64,000 nucleotides of DNA. It comes from Paramecium tetraurelia (lineage: Eukaryota). The notes below the pieces were generated by a model. That model ran no database searches. It saw only the letters and a list, made by a program, of their open reading frames with translations, and was not told the DNA's origin. Of this stretch, positions 40,801-54,018 are shown piece after piece (position 1 is the stretch's first letter; the number at the start of each line of letters is the position of its first letter). Position numbers and translations under genes: made by a program. The DNA lies in the NCBI GenBank assembly GCA_000165425.1, contig CT868307.1, forward strand, positions 310,001 to 374,000. Reading direction: 5' to 3'.

Positions 40801-41416
40801 TTAATAGTGTTGCAAATGCGAACTTATCATTCTTTTGTTCTGGAACATCTCCTTTGGATGGATAATCTTGGTGGACTCTTGTTTATTCTGGTAAAGCATG
40901 TTTGTTGGAAACGTGTGGAAAAGATCCTAAAAAAGATTAGCCTAATGGTTTGATTATGTTTGTAGTCTCAGATACGTTTTCAACTCTAACTCAAGGATTT
41001 AGCATCATAACAATTTATACATCAGTTATTCTACTTATTGGATCTTTTATTCGATCATTTTTTTCAGGGCAAATTTGGATGCTTGAATTCAAAGGGATGG
41101 TCCATCCTGATGATTTGATTATGATTTGTCAAGCTATTTCTATTGCTAGATCTCAAAAAGATTTCAAGAGGTATTAAGTCTATAATTAGTTTTTAGTGAA
41201 AATATTTTATACTTTGAACTGGTTGATATTCTTAGATCCCCGGAAATTGTTAAGGTAATGACTGGAACTTGGACTGAAGAACTTAAAAAAAAGGAAAATG
41301 AAAGAGAACAGTAATTGTAGTTAGAAAAAGAAGAACAATAAATATTACTATAATAATAAGATAAATAACAATAACAAGCATAGAATAATAATGGATAAAA
41401 ACTGAAATAAGATTGA
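32061..41416 (+). CDS. PIEZO: Piezo-family mechanosensitive channel (~3000 aa)
   Basis: Many repeated TM bundles; signature IPFLFELKVLMDWTFLKTSLDVFQWFTLEDIHG (~39900-40025); outer helix FGPLILFSSLNP; cap region; inner helix SIITIYTSVILLIGSFIR; C-terminal YFELVDILRSPE. Tiny introns, e.g. 32370-32391. Confidence 0.93.
37757..37924 (+). repeat. (TAA)n microsatellite inside the Piezo CDS encoding 56 consecutive Gln
   Basis: In the Piezo frame (...KHSEQQE-Q56-KY) the codons are TAA with interspersed TAG and CAA, all Gln in code 6. Confidence 0.92.
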
Positions 41417-41455
41417 TTATTAAATTTATTTGCATAAATATACATATTAAATTGA

Positions 41456-42343
41456 TCATTCCACTATAATGTCATCCTGCTATAGTTTTTCAATTACTTA
41501 GGCTTCCAATTTAAGTATATTATTTAATGCAGTTTAGTATTTGTATTTTATTTCATTGATCTCTTACAACTTAGAGACGATTTCCTTATTTTCCTATTGA
41601 TATGATAAGATTGGCTGGGACTGATAATGGATTGTACTCACAGGAGGTCTAGGAGATGGCACTTGTTAATTCGAAAATCTCCAATCTTTATTGTAACGTT
41701 CCCATGAGCTCTTATGACTGTATCGATATGGTCGTTAGGGAGACCTAAAAGAATCTAAATCTCTATATCTATCGGTATCTCGTTCCCTCTCTTTCTCCCT
41801 TTCTCTTTTCATCTCATCGATGGCCTCAATCACTTCAGCCTTTTGTTTCCTCCTTGTATCCTATTGTTGTTGATATCTTGATAAATTATCTTTTAGAACG
41901 TCAATGGTCTAATTTAATTGTTAGATATGTTAATCCAATTGCTATCTTTCATTTTACAATAGACCAATTTAATCTTCTAAATCCAGAATCACATTTCTTT
42001 GGTATTCAATCGTATCATAAAGATCCTAAACATCATCTTGTTACAATTTATTTTATAATTCATTGATCTTATTTTCATAAGCTCTTCTTTCTGCATAGAA
42101 TTCGATATCTTTTGTGTTGATTTATGATCTCTGCAATACTTCCAAATGTTGTCTCAACTCAAATAACTCATTTTGTCTTTGCTTCTCATATTTCAATATC
42201 AATTCTTTCCAATTTTCAGCTTCTGGATACTTTTGCACATTGCTTTGCAATAATAAATCTATCCTCTTCATAAACTCTTTAATCATTTGCTACTTCTCCT
42301 ATTCATGTTGCTCTTTTAGCTTTTATATAATATTATCGTTCAT
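41456..42343 (-). CDS. Hypothetical coiled-coil protein (295 aa)
   Basis: Intronless ATG-to-TGA frame MNDNIIQKLKEQHEQEKQQMIKEFMKRIDLLL...; rich in E/Q/K/L heptads, with an RE/RD-rich segment (KREREKERERDTDRYRD). Confidence 0.8.
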
Positions 42344-42711
42344 ACTATTAAAATTTATTTTATAAATATACTCCAATAATTATACTTTCTTTAGTAGTTG
42401 ATCAAAATGGTATATAACTTGGTGCATTATAAGATAAAGTTGAATTTTAATTGGATATTGAATAATCAGGGTAATAATAAGTATTTTATAGAATGTGATA
42501 TAATCTTTTTATTATTAACGTATTATAAACTTATATATATCCATTTGGATAAGAATTTATGTGAAACTAAGATATAAGAGCAAATAATCAAAATCTTAAT
42601 GATTTGGAGATAATCTAAGGTAGATATAAACCAACTTAAAGAAAAGTAAGAATGGAATATTTGGATAATAAATTTATCTAAAAAATTATATTTTTCATTT
42701 TAAATCAATTA

Positions 42712-44574
42712 ATGACAGAAGAGAAATGTGAGACAGAATGTTGTGATAAGGGAATATTGATTGAAGACAAATGTATGTGTGACATAGGATCTTTTGGAGA
42801 GGATTGTCGTCTTAATTTATAAGATATTTACATCGCCCCTTATTATACTTTTATTGGGATCTATTGTGTTGCATTCTTTTTCGTATTACTCGTAACTATT
42901 AGATAATTTCAAACTTCTTTAAAGACTCAAAGAATTCCAACCTATTACACGTAATATGATGTTTGATATTTTAGATGTTTTCAATATGCCTATGCATTGA
43001 TCGGATCTCCTCAGAATTATATCTTAGTCTTAACAATGGTGTTATCAGTCTGTAAATTGATATGGCTCATACTTGATCCTTTCGAAATCTATGTAACTTA
43101 ATTTACTCATAAAGCTCATAGAGAGGGTAAACGACAGTCATCGAGAGACTGCTGGCAGAAGTTGTATACACAATACTGTTTTATATCTACGGTTGCTTAT
43201 TGATCGTTTGGTATACGATGTACGATGAGATATCATATAATATTTATCAAGGAGAAATAAAAAAGCCAAGGAAGTGGATATTTACTTACTACAAGGAGGC
43301 ATTAAAACTTCGATTGTTTATTGTGTTGCTAGTTTAGATAACAGTAAGTACACTAAATGGTAAATGATGTAATAATCTAAGGTTTAAGGAAAGGAGTGCA
43401 ATACCCAATTTTTTTGATGGTATGCTATGTGTTTTTGATGGCAAACTTCTTTTTGTTCATCATAGAGTTTATAATATACGGGTCATCATTGCAAACCTGC
43501 ATAAAGGATTAGATCACAATATGCAGGTCATAATTTAGAATACAATTTCAGGGAATGGAACAATAATTTAAATTGCAATTATAAAAGGAAGAGAGTATGA
43601 GCAAATCCCCAGAGTCAATTTTAAGAGTTGCCAGGTTTTCTAGGTAGGTAAGTATTGAGGAACAGAAGAAAGAAATTTAGGATGAAGTAAAATAGATGGA
43701 TGAACCAAAATTAAAAATAGGATAAACAAAAATAAAGTCTGTATCATTTGCACGAACATTTGTGAAAGGATTTAGAGGATCATCATTATTTAGATAGGAA
43801 AGTTAGAAACAATTGAAGTCGAATAAGTCAAATTAAAAAAATTAGGATCTAAACAGTGATTCATCTGCAAAGGACTTAGATAATCAGTTTAAAGAGGAAG
43901 CAACTGATGAAGAAATTAATAGTTGTTGTTTGAATGAGAATTAATCTAATTCAATGAAGTGGGAGAATGAGAAGGATAGAGAGGCTTATTTAGACACAAT
44001 AAAAATGTAGATCAAAGCTGTTAAGGAGACAAAAGACACTGCTGAGAAAAGAAAGGAATCATTACAATAATAATAATAAATGTAAAAAATAGTAAGAGGA
44101 GAATAAAAGAAATTAAGTTATGTGGGGTCGAGTTAATAGGATTACAAAACATCAATTCATTAATAATCTGATGAAGATTAAGAGAAATTTAATTTGAAGT
44201 CATCTAACTTAGCTATTGATAGACAAATCTTATTTAAGATTTAATTATTAGTTTACTTTGGCATAATATTGGAAATTCTATTTGGAGGATTGAGCATAGC
44301 CGTTTTGGTGACAGATTTAATTCGTGATCCGATCGGAGTATTGGTGTATTTATATGGATCATCAACATTATAATTTTTTTCTTTGATAACAGTGTTGAAA
44401 TTATTTAGAGATATTAAGAATCAAGAAATCAAGAATCTAATTTGGATATAAAAGGTGGGAAATCAGAAGAATAAGATCAATTAGCAATATATGTTTTCAA
44501 TTCCTGAAGATTAAAAAGAAGATGTATAGAAACTGAAATTCGAACAAAGAATTAATATGAATACTTTATATTGA
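42712..44574 (+). CDS. EGF-like domain + seven-transmembrane orphan receptor-like protein (TOM1/THH1/GPR137-like TM core) with a long loop between TM5 and TM6
   Basis: N-terminal CETECCDKGILIEDKCMCDIGSFGEDC (EGF-like CxCxxGxxGxxC); seven hydrophobic segments; LILDPF and ERLLAEVVYTILFYIYGCLLIVWY. Introns 42951-42974, ~43093-43121 and 43360-43381. Confidence 0.8.
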
Positions 44575-45072
44575 TATTATTATGAAATAAGTGTGTCTCT
44601 CATCAAATAAAATCATTTCACATTTTGTTTACTCAGAGAAAAAAAAACAGTTAAATTCCAAGATTGTTGTTCTGAGTAAGCTACTTTTTCACTATTTATA
44701 GTTTCAAAAGGCAGACCTAATAAAGGAATTACAAAAAGTACTATTATTAATACTAGCTCAAATTATTTATGGAAGTTTTATAATATATAGTATAATATGG
44801 ATTTTTAGAAATTCTGTGGTCAATTCAAGAACTTTATGAATGCACTAAATTAATGTTGATTCTACATAGAATAACCCAAAAAAAAAAGTAAAAATATTTC
44901 ATTTAATAAGCACTCCATATCAGACACATAAAAAGACATTGGATCAATCATATTCTTTTAATAATAGGATAGCAAACTTTATATTAGTATATTTATTAAA
45001 AAGCAGATTATTTATAAATCAACATTAAATTTTAAATAAAAAATAGAATTATATCAATAATTAGATAATTTA

Positions 45073-48000
45073 TCAATGTTTTGATTCATTAACATCCAAA
45101 TTCACTTTGGAAGGCCTCAAAAGATATGAAAATCCAAATGATTATCTAAATATAAAAATATGAGTACCTATTCACTCCCGAAACACTCACACGTAAATCA
45201 GTCTAAAGCCGGGTTCGTCTTCTTTCTTGGGATCTCTCAGTTTAAATGAGTTTCATAATTTCCTCTTTCTTAGTTTCATCAAACAAAAAAAATGAACAAG
45301 CAGTTTCTGTTTAATAGGTATATGTTTAATTAAGGAATGGGAATAGCAAAGGTCCTTACAAACCATCATTGCAATTCATTTCAAATTAATCTTCTTCTAG
45401 TCTAATTCTCTTTTCCTATTTCTATTCTGTCAGTCTTCCTTACAAAAGAATACCTGCTTAAAAAGATACACTAGTATATGCTTAATATTTCTTAAAAACA
45501 ACAAAAGTAAGGATATTTTCAATGATCTCCCTATCAACAAGGGAGAATATTTGTAACTCTTTTGGATAGAACCTGCTTAAACTAAAAATACTATCTCTCC
45601 AAACATAATCTTGCATGTACAGACTCTGCTTATAAAGAGAAACCATCAATTCAATTTCTATTTGAATTACTTCCACCAATGATGCTGCAACTACTTACGA
45701 AATGTATAAGGTTGATTCCAACACTATATGATGGCATGATAGAAATTAACCAATATCTTTAGAAATTGAATAATTTATATAAGCTGAACTTGTTTCATTT
45801 ACTCTTCCTCTTGTAATGATGTAGAAATATCTAGCTAAATCTCCCTCTCTATAAATGCATTCATCCTTATCAAACAAGAGTTCTTTAGATTATAATGCTA
45901 ATTGTTTAAGCAAATCATCATTAAATTCACTAAATAATGGAAGCACTTTTAATTTAGTATGTATAGATATTTATGGCCAAATAGGTCTAATGTCCTCAAC
46001 ATTACAAACAAAGTTATTTAATTGTAATTTTAACTTCTAATATTATTGAAACTAAGAATATATATATATTGAAATATTACATCTAATTCTCCCAATTCAT
46101 ATTTTCTTAATAAATACTTGCCTTAGCTTGCTAGACAACCTTAAGCTGATTTTTTGGTTTAAATTAACTTGATGATCTCAGGAAAACTAACATAGAAATA
46201 TCCCTCTATGAAATTTTCGGCATTTGTTCTATTTTCTTTGGATTCCTTAGACAGTTTCTTTTTCAAAGTCACATTAATTGGAAATTCTTCTATCATATTT
46301 TCCATTTCTATTCTAATAATAAAAATTTACCTTCATGTGCTCTGACATATGTAGAGATGACCTCATATCCAATTGCAACCCAATCAAATAATAGATCACC
46401 TGAGAATCCGCGAATGATAGGGAATTTGTTCAAACTATACAAGAATCTCATATAGATTGGTGAATAAAAGACACTGTAAATGAAATCCCAAGAACACATT
46501 CTTCCTTCAACAGTATCCAAGTCCCATCTTACAGATTCAATTAATAAATTGTAAGCCTTACCGCCACATTAATTTTATGAATACAAATCCCAATAAGTCT
46601 GTTTCAAGGCCATTAAAAATCTGTCTCTGGTTTCAATAATATCATCCGCATCAATATCATCATCATTGAAGTCATCCTATAATCCTTTGCTCTTTAGTAG
46701 TTTTTAGAAGCGTCCAATGATACTAGATTCTTTCTCTTTTTTATGCTTGTTTTCTTCATCCAACTATTTCTTACTAAGTTTATCATCTTTTTATTGAATT
46801 TAAGTATTGGTTTCAGCCAATCCTGAAAAGTATTCCACCTTATTCCAATCAATTGTTTTTTATTTATAATCCTCTTTCATCTGATTTAATTTGAATTCAA
46901 TCTATTCCTTCATTTCCTGTAAAAAGTTCAATCTCACTTTGGCTCTGTATTAAGCAGTGGCACACAACCCACTAAACTTAACATACAGGGGTATTGTAGA
47001 TCCATTTATCAACATAGTTAAAATGACAATAAAGGTAGTATGAAATAGAAAAATGTCACTCCATTAATCACTAAAGGATGGTTCCTTAACTACAAGTAAA
47101 GCTAACATCAATTGCACTGCGCCTCTTGTGCCACTATAGGAAAACAAGATGGCCTCACTCATTTTGACTTATTATCCATACAAATTGATAGTTGGTAAAA
47201 GTAACAATACACTAATGAATTTGGATAAAAGAATGTAAAAGTAAAGTAATATAGTATTTATGTAATCTTGCTTCCTTATATATGGACTTTGTTAATCGAA
47301 TATTTTGTATCCACATGTGACACCTGTTATGATGAAAATGATGGTTTCATTAGCAAATTGAGTGTATTGCCAAAAGATTTACAATGGGTGTTCCACTTCA
47401 GTTCTAATTCTGATCTTTGAAAATGCAGACATGAACAATCCCAAAGTTATTACTGCAATTAAACCATTTTTTCTAAATCCTAAATCTACAGATTCAGCCA
47501 CGAAATATGTTACATAGGCTGATACAATAGTAAGGTTGATTGTCAATATTGAATTATGATTTATCCTTCTTATCCACCAAACAGTGAAGAGCCCAAACAT
47601 TATTCCAACAAATGCACCTCCCAAGAGCAATGATAATCCATAAGATAATTCGACTGTAAGAAGATCACAGTCACCTCTTGCACAATTCACCGCAATAAGC
47701 ATTAAGACCATGGATGCACAATTATTTACCAAGCTCTCTCCCTAAACTAATGAGATGAACCTCTTTGGAGCTTCGGCATTATTTAATAGCTTTACTACTT
47801 GGAGTGTGTCAGTACATGTTACGACAACTCCAAATACAAATGCAAATCCCCAACTATAATATTCATCATCGTATTCTAATAGCAATTTTAACCCTAGGCA
47901 AATTAATGAGGCAGATATAAGTAGACTTGGAATCGAAAGCACAAATATTTGCATTATTTGTTGCTTCATTATATAAATATCTGCATTGAAAGCACTACTA

Positions 48001-48257
48001 AAAACTAGGGCTGGCAAAAATAATGTCATATTAGAATTAGCATCAATGTTAAAAGCCGCTTACACAGTCCTATGCAATAAATGATTATGAATATTATTGA
48101 ATTAAGACCCTATTAATATTCCTACCAGGAAAACTGCAGCAGGATAGGGAATCATTATTTTCTTCGTGATTTCACTAACTAATCCTCCAATTGTCAGAGC
48201 AACAAAGATAAAAAATATCACTATTGCGATCTACGCTACATCCAAATGTTCTGACAT
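45073..48257 (-). CDS. CPA1 Na+/H+ exchanger-like protein with C-terminal cyclic-nucleotide-binding-like domain (SOS1/SLC9C-type architecture)
   Basis: LFLPALVFSSAF, VVTCTDTLQV, QGESLVNNCASMV, YFVAESV...GLIAVITLG and YSGTRGAVQLMLAL in the transporter domain. CNBD-like LPLFSEF...IYREGDLARYFYIITRGRV near the C-terminus. Confidence 0.9.
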
Positions 48258-48310
48258 TTAATTTTATGAAATATAATTGGTTAAATTTTAATATATACAT
48301 ATATATATAT

Positions 48311-50498
48311 TCAATTATATTAATTAATTAGTTTCAAACGCCATCCAAACAGAATCACTATTATAAATCCCACAGAAACATTTACTATAGCCTAGGAATT
48401 TCCTATTAAGCATTCTTCAACTGTATCAATTAAATATTTTGCTAACTCTAAATAATTTACATCCAAAAACAGTTCAATTCCAGTTTTATCTATTTGCTTA
48501 TATACATTAACCAAAAAATCAATTATTTGCACTTGAGCATTAACTGGCAATATTGGAATTAGTGAATAACTATTTATAGATAATTCAAATATTTCTATTG
48601 ATTTAGTTCTATTAATTTCAACTCCTTATCCTAAAGCACGCATCAATCCCAGATTAAAGTACACATGAGCTTTCATGGCATCAATCAATTAACCATCCAA
48701 TGCCTTTTTGTAATGCTGAAACGATTTTTAGAAATCTACTTCTTCATACTTCCCATTATAATAGTAGTCACCCAATTTCATATGACAAATTGCTTCCTTC
48801 TCATTAGCACATTGTTTAAGGAAACGATATTATAAAACTCCATTTAATCCAAAACTGTCTAATTCCAATAATTCATGCAGAGTCGATTAATTTACAAATT
48901 ACAAATAGTCCTAATATAAATAACTAAAAGCATCATTATTATTTCCAGTAATTTAATAAACCGGATCTTAACTAAGTCTATTTTATACATCACTAAAGTG
49001 TAGAGTATTGTAATAAAATGCATCATATTATTCCATCACAACAGCAGCATTCTCTAAATTTATTTATAATTATTTACATGTGGCCACAAGGAATCCAGAA
49101 TATCCTGCTTCAAAATATTTAGAAAGTGATTAGGTATACTATTCTTATTAAAATAGGTAATTTGCTGTTTTTAGTACATCTGCCCATGGACCCCTTGATG
49201 ATGAAGCGTGTAGTAAGGCGGCAGCCAAATCGCAGGAATAAAATAGATCAACTCCATCAAGTAATATCAAAGCTAAACTGTATTGAGCCATTGCATGTCC
49301 AGTTGTAGCTGCCTTTTCAATCAAAGATACTCCTTTTTGTTGATTGCGTTCCCTTTATATAGTTGAAGGTAACATGTACAAGGATCCCAAATTGAATTGT
49401 CCATCATTATTTTACAAGTCTGCTGATTCTAAAGAATTGTTAATATTCATAATATACTTTTAAAATAATCCTAAGCCCTTATTATGTCTTAATGTACTCC
49501 CAATCCCTTAAAATAAATGTATCCTAAAGCATTATAAATTTTTCCCTAATATTCTTAATTTTTAGTTGAAATTTTATTCAAAATCTCTAACGCCAATTAG
49601 TAATTTGGTTTATCTACTCCCAAGTTTTCAATATTCATCTGTGCTACTCTGATTCCAGATTCTTTATCATTCAATTGATCATATAATTTCAAATACAATT
49701 GATAGGCCTTTGTGAAATTTCTTCTGAGTCCATTTAATCCATAATAAAAACTAAATGCCAATTATTTTACCTCCACTGCTGATTCATGGGTAACTAAATT
49801 CAAATTCTCAAAAATTTGGGCATGTCCAAATATATCCAATTCATAATTCATATAGAAATTGCTGTCATACAAAGCTTTTGCCACTTGTCTGTTCTCACTT
49901 ATATATTTTGCTTTGATTGGCTAATTTGCGAATTCTTCCAAAACTGGCAAATAAAATAAGGCAGAATTTGAGCAATTCTAATTTACCCCTATTCCCTTTA
50001 AATGCCTATATCCCATAGCCACACTACTTTGATCAAACCCTTAAATAGCAGAGAAGTAAAGATCAATCAAAGAGATGCTTTGATACTTCTCCTTGACGTA
50101 TCTGAACAATTAAGATTCTGTTTTAAGATTGCTATAAATGTTGTATGACCCATCCAAATGTAAATATGTCATTAACGACACATAAAATTGAGAATTAATG
50201 TCCCCTAGATCTGATGATTTCTTAAAGTAATAGAGTGCCTAAATTAATTACTATTACATACTCTTGCATAATCTATTGTGTTTTCATTTTCTAATCCGTA
50301 AAAGATGTATTAACCATACAATCTAAAGAATCTAGATTGATATTATTTTGGTATTTCATCTTTGAAATAATGCAATATTTCTTAGAATGTTGATTAACTT
50401 TCAATTGATGATTACTCAATATGAATTTCCCATTCTTTCAATAATTCATTTATATTGTTTTGAGCATATATCCCTAATAATAAAGTTAATATAATCAT
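48311..50498 (-). CDS. Sel1-repeat protein, SEL1L/Hrd3-like (ERAD adaptor)
   Basis: Signal-peptide-like MIILTLLLGIYAQ; AMGYRHLKGIGVNQNCSNSALFY (SEL1L/Hrd3-like); multiple Sel1 repeats (LAFSFYYGLNGLRRNFTKA; GQFNLGSLY); C-terminal TM AIVNVSVGFIIVILFGWR. Confidence 0.85.
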
Positions 50499-50535
50499 TT
50501 TAATAATGCAACACTCAATTTAAGAAATCTAAGCT
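50499..50535. promoter_or_regulatory. 37-bp spacer between divergent start codons (presumed bidirectional promoter plus both 5' UTRs)
   Basis: The SEL1L-like ATG is at 50498 (minus) and the LYR ATG at 50536 (plus). Regulatory function is inferred from position only. Confidence 0.5.
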
Positions 50536-50853
50536 ATGTCCTTGCTAACACTTTATAGAATGTTAATCAAGAATGTTCAATATTATCCAAGCAAAAATAG
50601 ATTCAAAATAATGTTGGCCATCAAGGAATCGTATTCAATTAATTTCTATAAACATTTTCTTAGATTCCGTGATAATAGACTCCTTAACGATACTAAAAGA
50701 ATTACTTAAGAAATCAAGATAGCCTAAATGGGATTAAGAAATTTAGAAATGTATAGAATCAAAAATAAAGAAATGAAGGATGTTTACAAAGTGAAGGATG
50801 ATGGATTCTAGGACTCCATGAACCCTAAAGATAAAAATTTTATATATTTTTGA
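50536..50853 (+). CDS. LYR-motif (Complex1_LYR family) small mitochondrial protein
   Basis: MSLLTLYRMLIKNVQYYPSKNRFKIMLAIKESFRDNRLLND... has the LYR motif and the downstream conserved F. One probable 33-nt intron at 50631-50663. Confidence 0.85.
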
Positions 50854-52479
50854 GTCAAACCATCATGTAATTATTTCGAATCATCATCACCATCTGTAAC
50901 TTAGTAGAATTGCTAAGAGTATTATCATAAAGTCATCCTTTCTCCTCAATAATATTTATAGGTTCTATCCATTTAATTATAGCATTCATAATTAAATTGC
51001 AACCAAAAAATCTACTACTCTTATTTATGGATACAGTATCCGCTAAAATATTTAAAGTACTCTATGCTTCTTATGGCTCATATAAAATCCTTTGATGGCA
51101 AAACTTTGAACTATTAATTGTCAACAACTAATTATATAGGTCCATAAAATATTTTTTATCTAAGATTTTTCAAAACAAACGTAATTCATATTCCAAAAAT
51201 AATATTTTCGGATAGGAAATATTTTGTTATTATTATAAGATTCTACAACTAACTACTCAATTTTTATTTGTGAATATTCAAAGTTGAAAATTCTCATTCA
51301 TATTTGTTAACCTCTTCAATAATCCTTTTTTAATTCATTAATAATTCTTAATAATCGAAATATAATTTGATTGTTGGAATTCTTTAATCCTCATTTTATA
51401 CTAAAATCAATATTAGATTATTGGTTTTCGTTTAATGAAAAATAAACACAATTGCTAAAATAAACTTCAATAGTTTAAGGTTTTACAACTTTTAATAGAA
51501 ATTTGATGATATTATAATTTAGAAATAGAAAATACTTAGTATAAGATATAACCATTTATTTTGTAAGCCTGACTTGTCTTAGGTATAAAAAGAGAAATAA
51601 TTTTGTCAAATAATCGCAAATTTTTATTATTCTGATTTATCTTAGATTGATCGTTCTACATTTCAAAATTTAATCAATAAATAACCATTAGCCAGAGACT
51701 TGTCAAATCTACGGATTCCAAGATTTTTCTCAATATTTTTTTAGTTTAATGTAATCTTTGTATTTTATCAGAATATTGATTATTATCATTGTTTATTTAT
51801 CATTTTAATTAAAATTCTTTTAATTTTTTCTTAATTTTTCTACTATATTATAACAATATGTCACTGAGATGAAGAAAATTTAGAAATTTATAAATACATA
51901 TTCCATTAGAGTTTATGCTAGATAAAATTTATATAAAAGATAAATTATATTGAATAAAATTTTAGCATTAATAATGCTGAATTATCTTCCTTTTCTGGAT
52001 TTAATTTCTCCAATTTTTAATTGAAGTTAAACCATCATCTTATTGCATATAGAATATCTAGTGATTAATAATAATAATTTTATATCAATTATCATGCATA
52101 TCATAGATGGCCAATACAAATAAAATTATTTTTAAATTCAAAAATTATTGGAAATCATAAAACTCTTAGAATTCTCTAGAATTTTCAAATCTTTTAGCTT
52201 AGTAGTTTAGACTGTCATCTAAATAACATATTTATTGTTTCCATGTATATATCTTTTAATCTATGGCTTACTTCATCTCCTTATATAACGTATTATAGTA
52301 AACTCAGCTAATAAAATGACATTTTAAACTTATCCAATAATCAGTTCAATAATAACAAGCAAATGATATTTAGAAAGTGATATTTTCCATTTAATTAACA
52401 AATAATTGAATATAAAAATATAGACTTTTTATTAGCTACAAAAAATTTGACGAATTTATTTTAATTTTATTTTGTTAAT

Positions 52480-54018
52480 ATGCTTGAAGATCACCTAGTT
52501 GAAGCATTGCACTTATTGAAAAAATAACCACAACATCGATGCAAAATGGAAATTGATCTATTAGTTCACTTTACATAAGAACTTCCCTTTTTTAAATAAT
52601 ATTAAAACTCAGAGAATGGATTGCAAATTCATCACGAATGTTGTAAACACATGTATTTAGAGCGGTTCTAAGCAACTGATATTGTATTTCATGTAGGTAT
52701 GGAGAATCTATTAATAATACAGATTCGATTGGCACAAAATTTTATGTGATTCTGGATGGTCAAGTAGAAGTGTTGATTAAAAGAAGAGGTTATGATGAAT
52801 TAGAATCTGTAAGAATTTTGAGACAGGGAGAATCTTTTGGAGAGTTGGCTCTTATTCATAGATAACCAAGATTAGCAACTATTCGTTGTGTTAATAATTG
52901 CTACTTTGCTGTTCTAGATAAACAGTAGTTTCAATATATTTTGCATTATGAGTAAACCAAAAAGATAGAATAAGTAGAAATAATATTAATAATTTAGAAC
53001 ATAGATTATTTTGCTTAGATTTCTATATTTAATTAACTTAATAGAACTTAGTTAACTTAGATTTATTTGAATTCGTTTCTGTATGAGTATGAAAAAAATT
53101 AGATTGTGTTGCAAGAAGGAGAGAAGTCAGATAGTTTTTTAATTGTTAAAACTGGCCTATTTTAAGTGCGCAAGTAAATGAATAAATCTAGTCCTTTAAT
53201 TGTAATATATATTCCATTGATTTTAGCTATTTGAAATTGGAGAATTGTAAGTATTTGGGTTCTATTATCTCTTCAATAAAATTCCATATGAATACTCTAT
53301 TATTTGCCTCAGTTCAAAGGGACAAATATATAAGATACATAGAACGTCTTTGATTGAAAAAATATTTGAAAGACATACGGAGGATTTGGAAAAACATATG
53401 TAAGAAATTAATTGCTATGTCAATTATAAAGTTCATTAAGAATAAAATACTCATCTTAAATACCCTAGATATTTTCAAATAAAAACTTCTTGTGATTAGG
53501 ATAAAGAGATTTAGGAAGAACGTGTTAAGAGTTGTAAAAGTAAAGAATACAAAAATTAAAATTTAAAAAGTAGAAGTGAATTGATAAGATAAAAAATGGA
53601 TACGATGATAGAGCAATCCAAAAGAAAATTAGGATTAAAATCTAGCCTCCCAAAATTAAATAGTTTATTCGAAATTTTCCTCAAATCTCATAGAGGATTC
53701 AAAGACAGCCAAAGATAAAATCTTTCTTCCTTGAAAGAATCCCTGACTAGACAATTTGGAAGTAGTAGTCACTTTTATCACAATGAAGATCAACCCATTA
53801 ATCCTTTTATAACTTTCAGGAGCAGCAGTCCTACAATGAAAAATTAAGGAAGGCATTTCCTAACACTTAAACCATAAAACAGTTAGAGAACTATAGTTAA
53901 ATCTAGTCAACATTTTAATTAAAATCTCCAATTTTAGGAATACAACACCCCAAAGCATTAGAAAAATTATATATCCTTAAGTCCAAATGTTATCAAACTT
54001 AAAGTGTATAAACATTGA
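52480..54018 (+). CDS. Cyclic-nucleotide-binding-domain protein (one intact and one degenerate CNBD, low-complexity tail)
   Basis: GTKFYVILDGQVEV...GESFGELALIHRQPRLATIRC is an intact phosphate-binding cassette. The second CNBD (VLQEGEKSDSFLIVKTGLF) has a degenerate cassette. TGA 54016-54018. Confidence 0.88.

Noticed and set aside
42407..42715. Upstream open frame suggesting a longer N-terminus or signal peptide for the EGF-7TM gene
   Set aside because: It is in a different frame, ends at a TGA overlapping the ATG at 42712, and has intergenic-like composition. Long open frames arise easily when TGA is the only stop.
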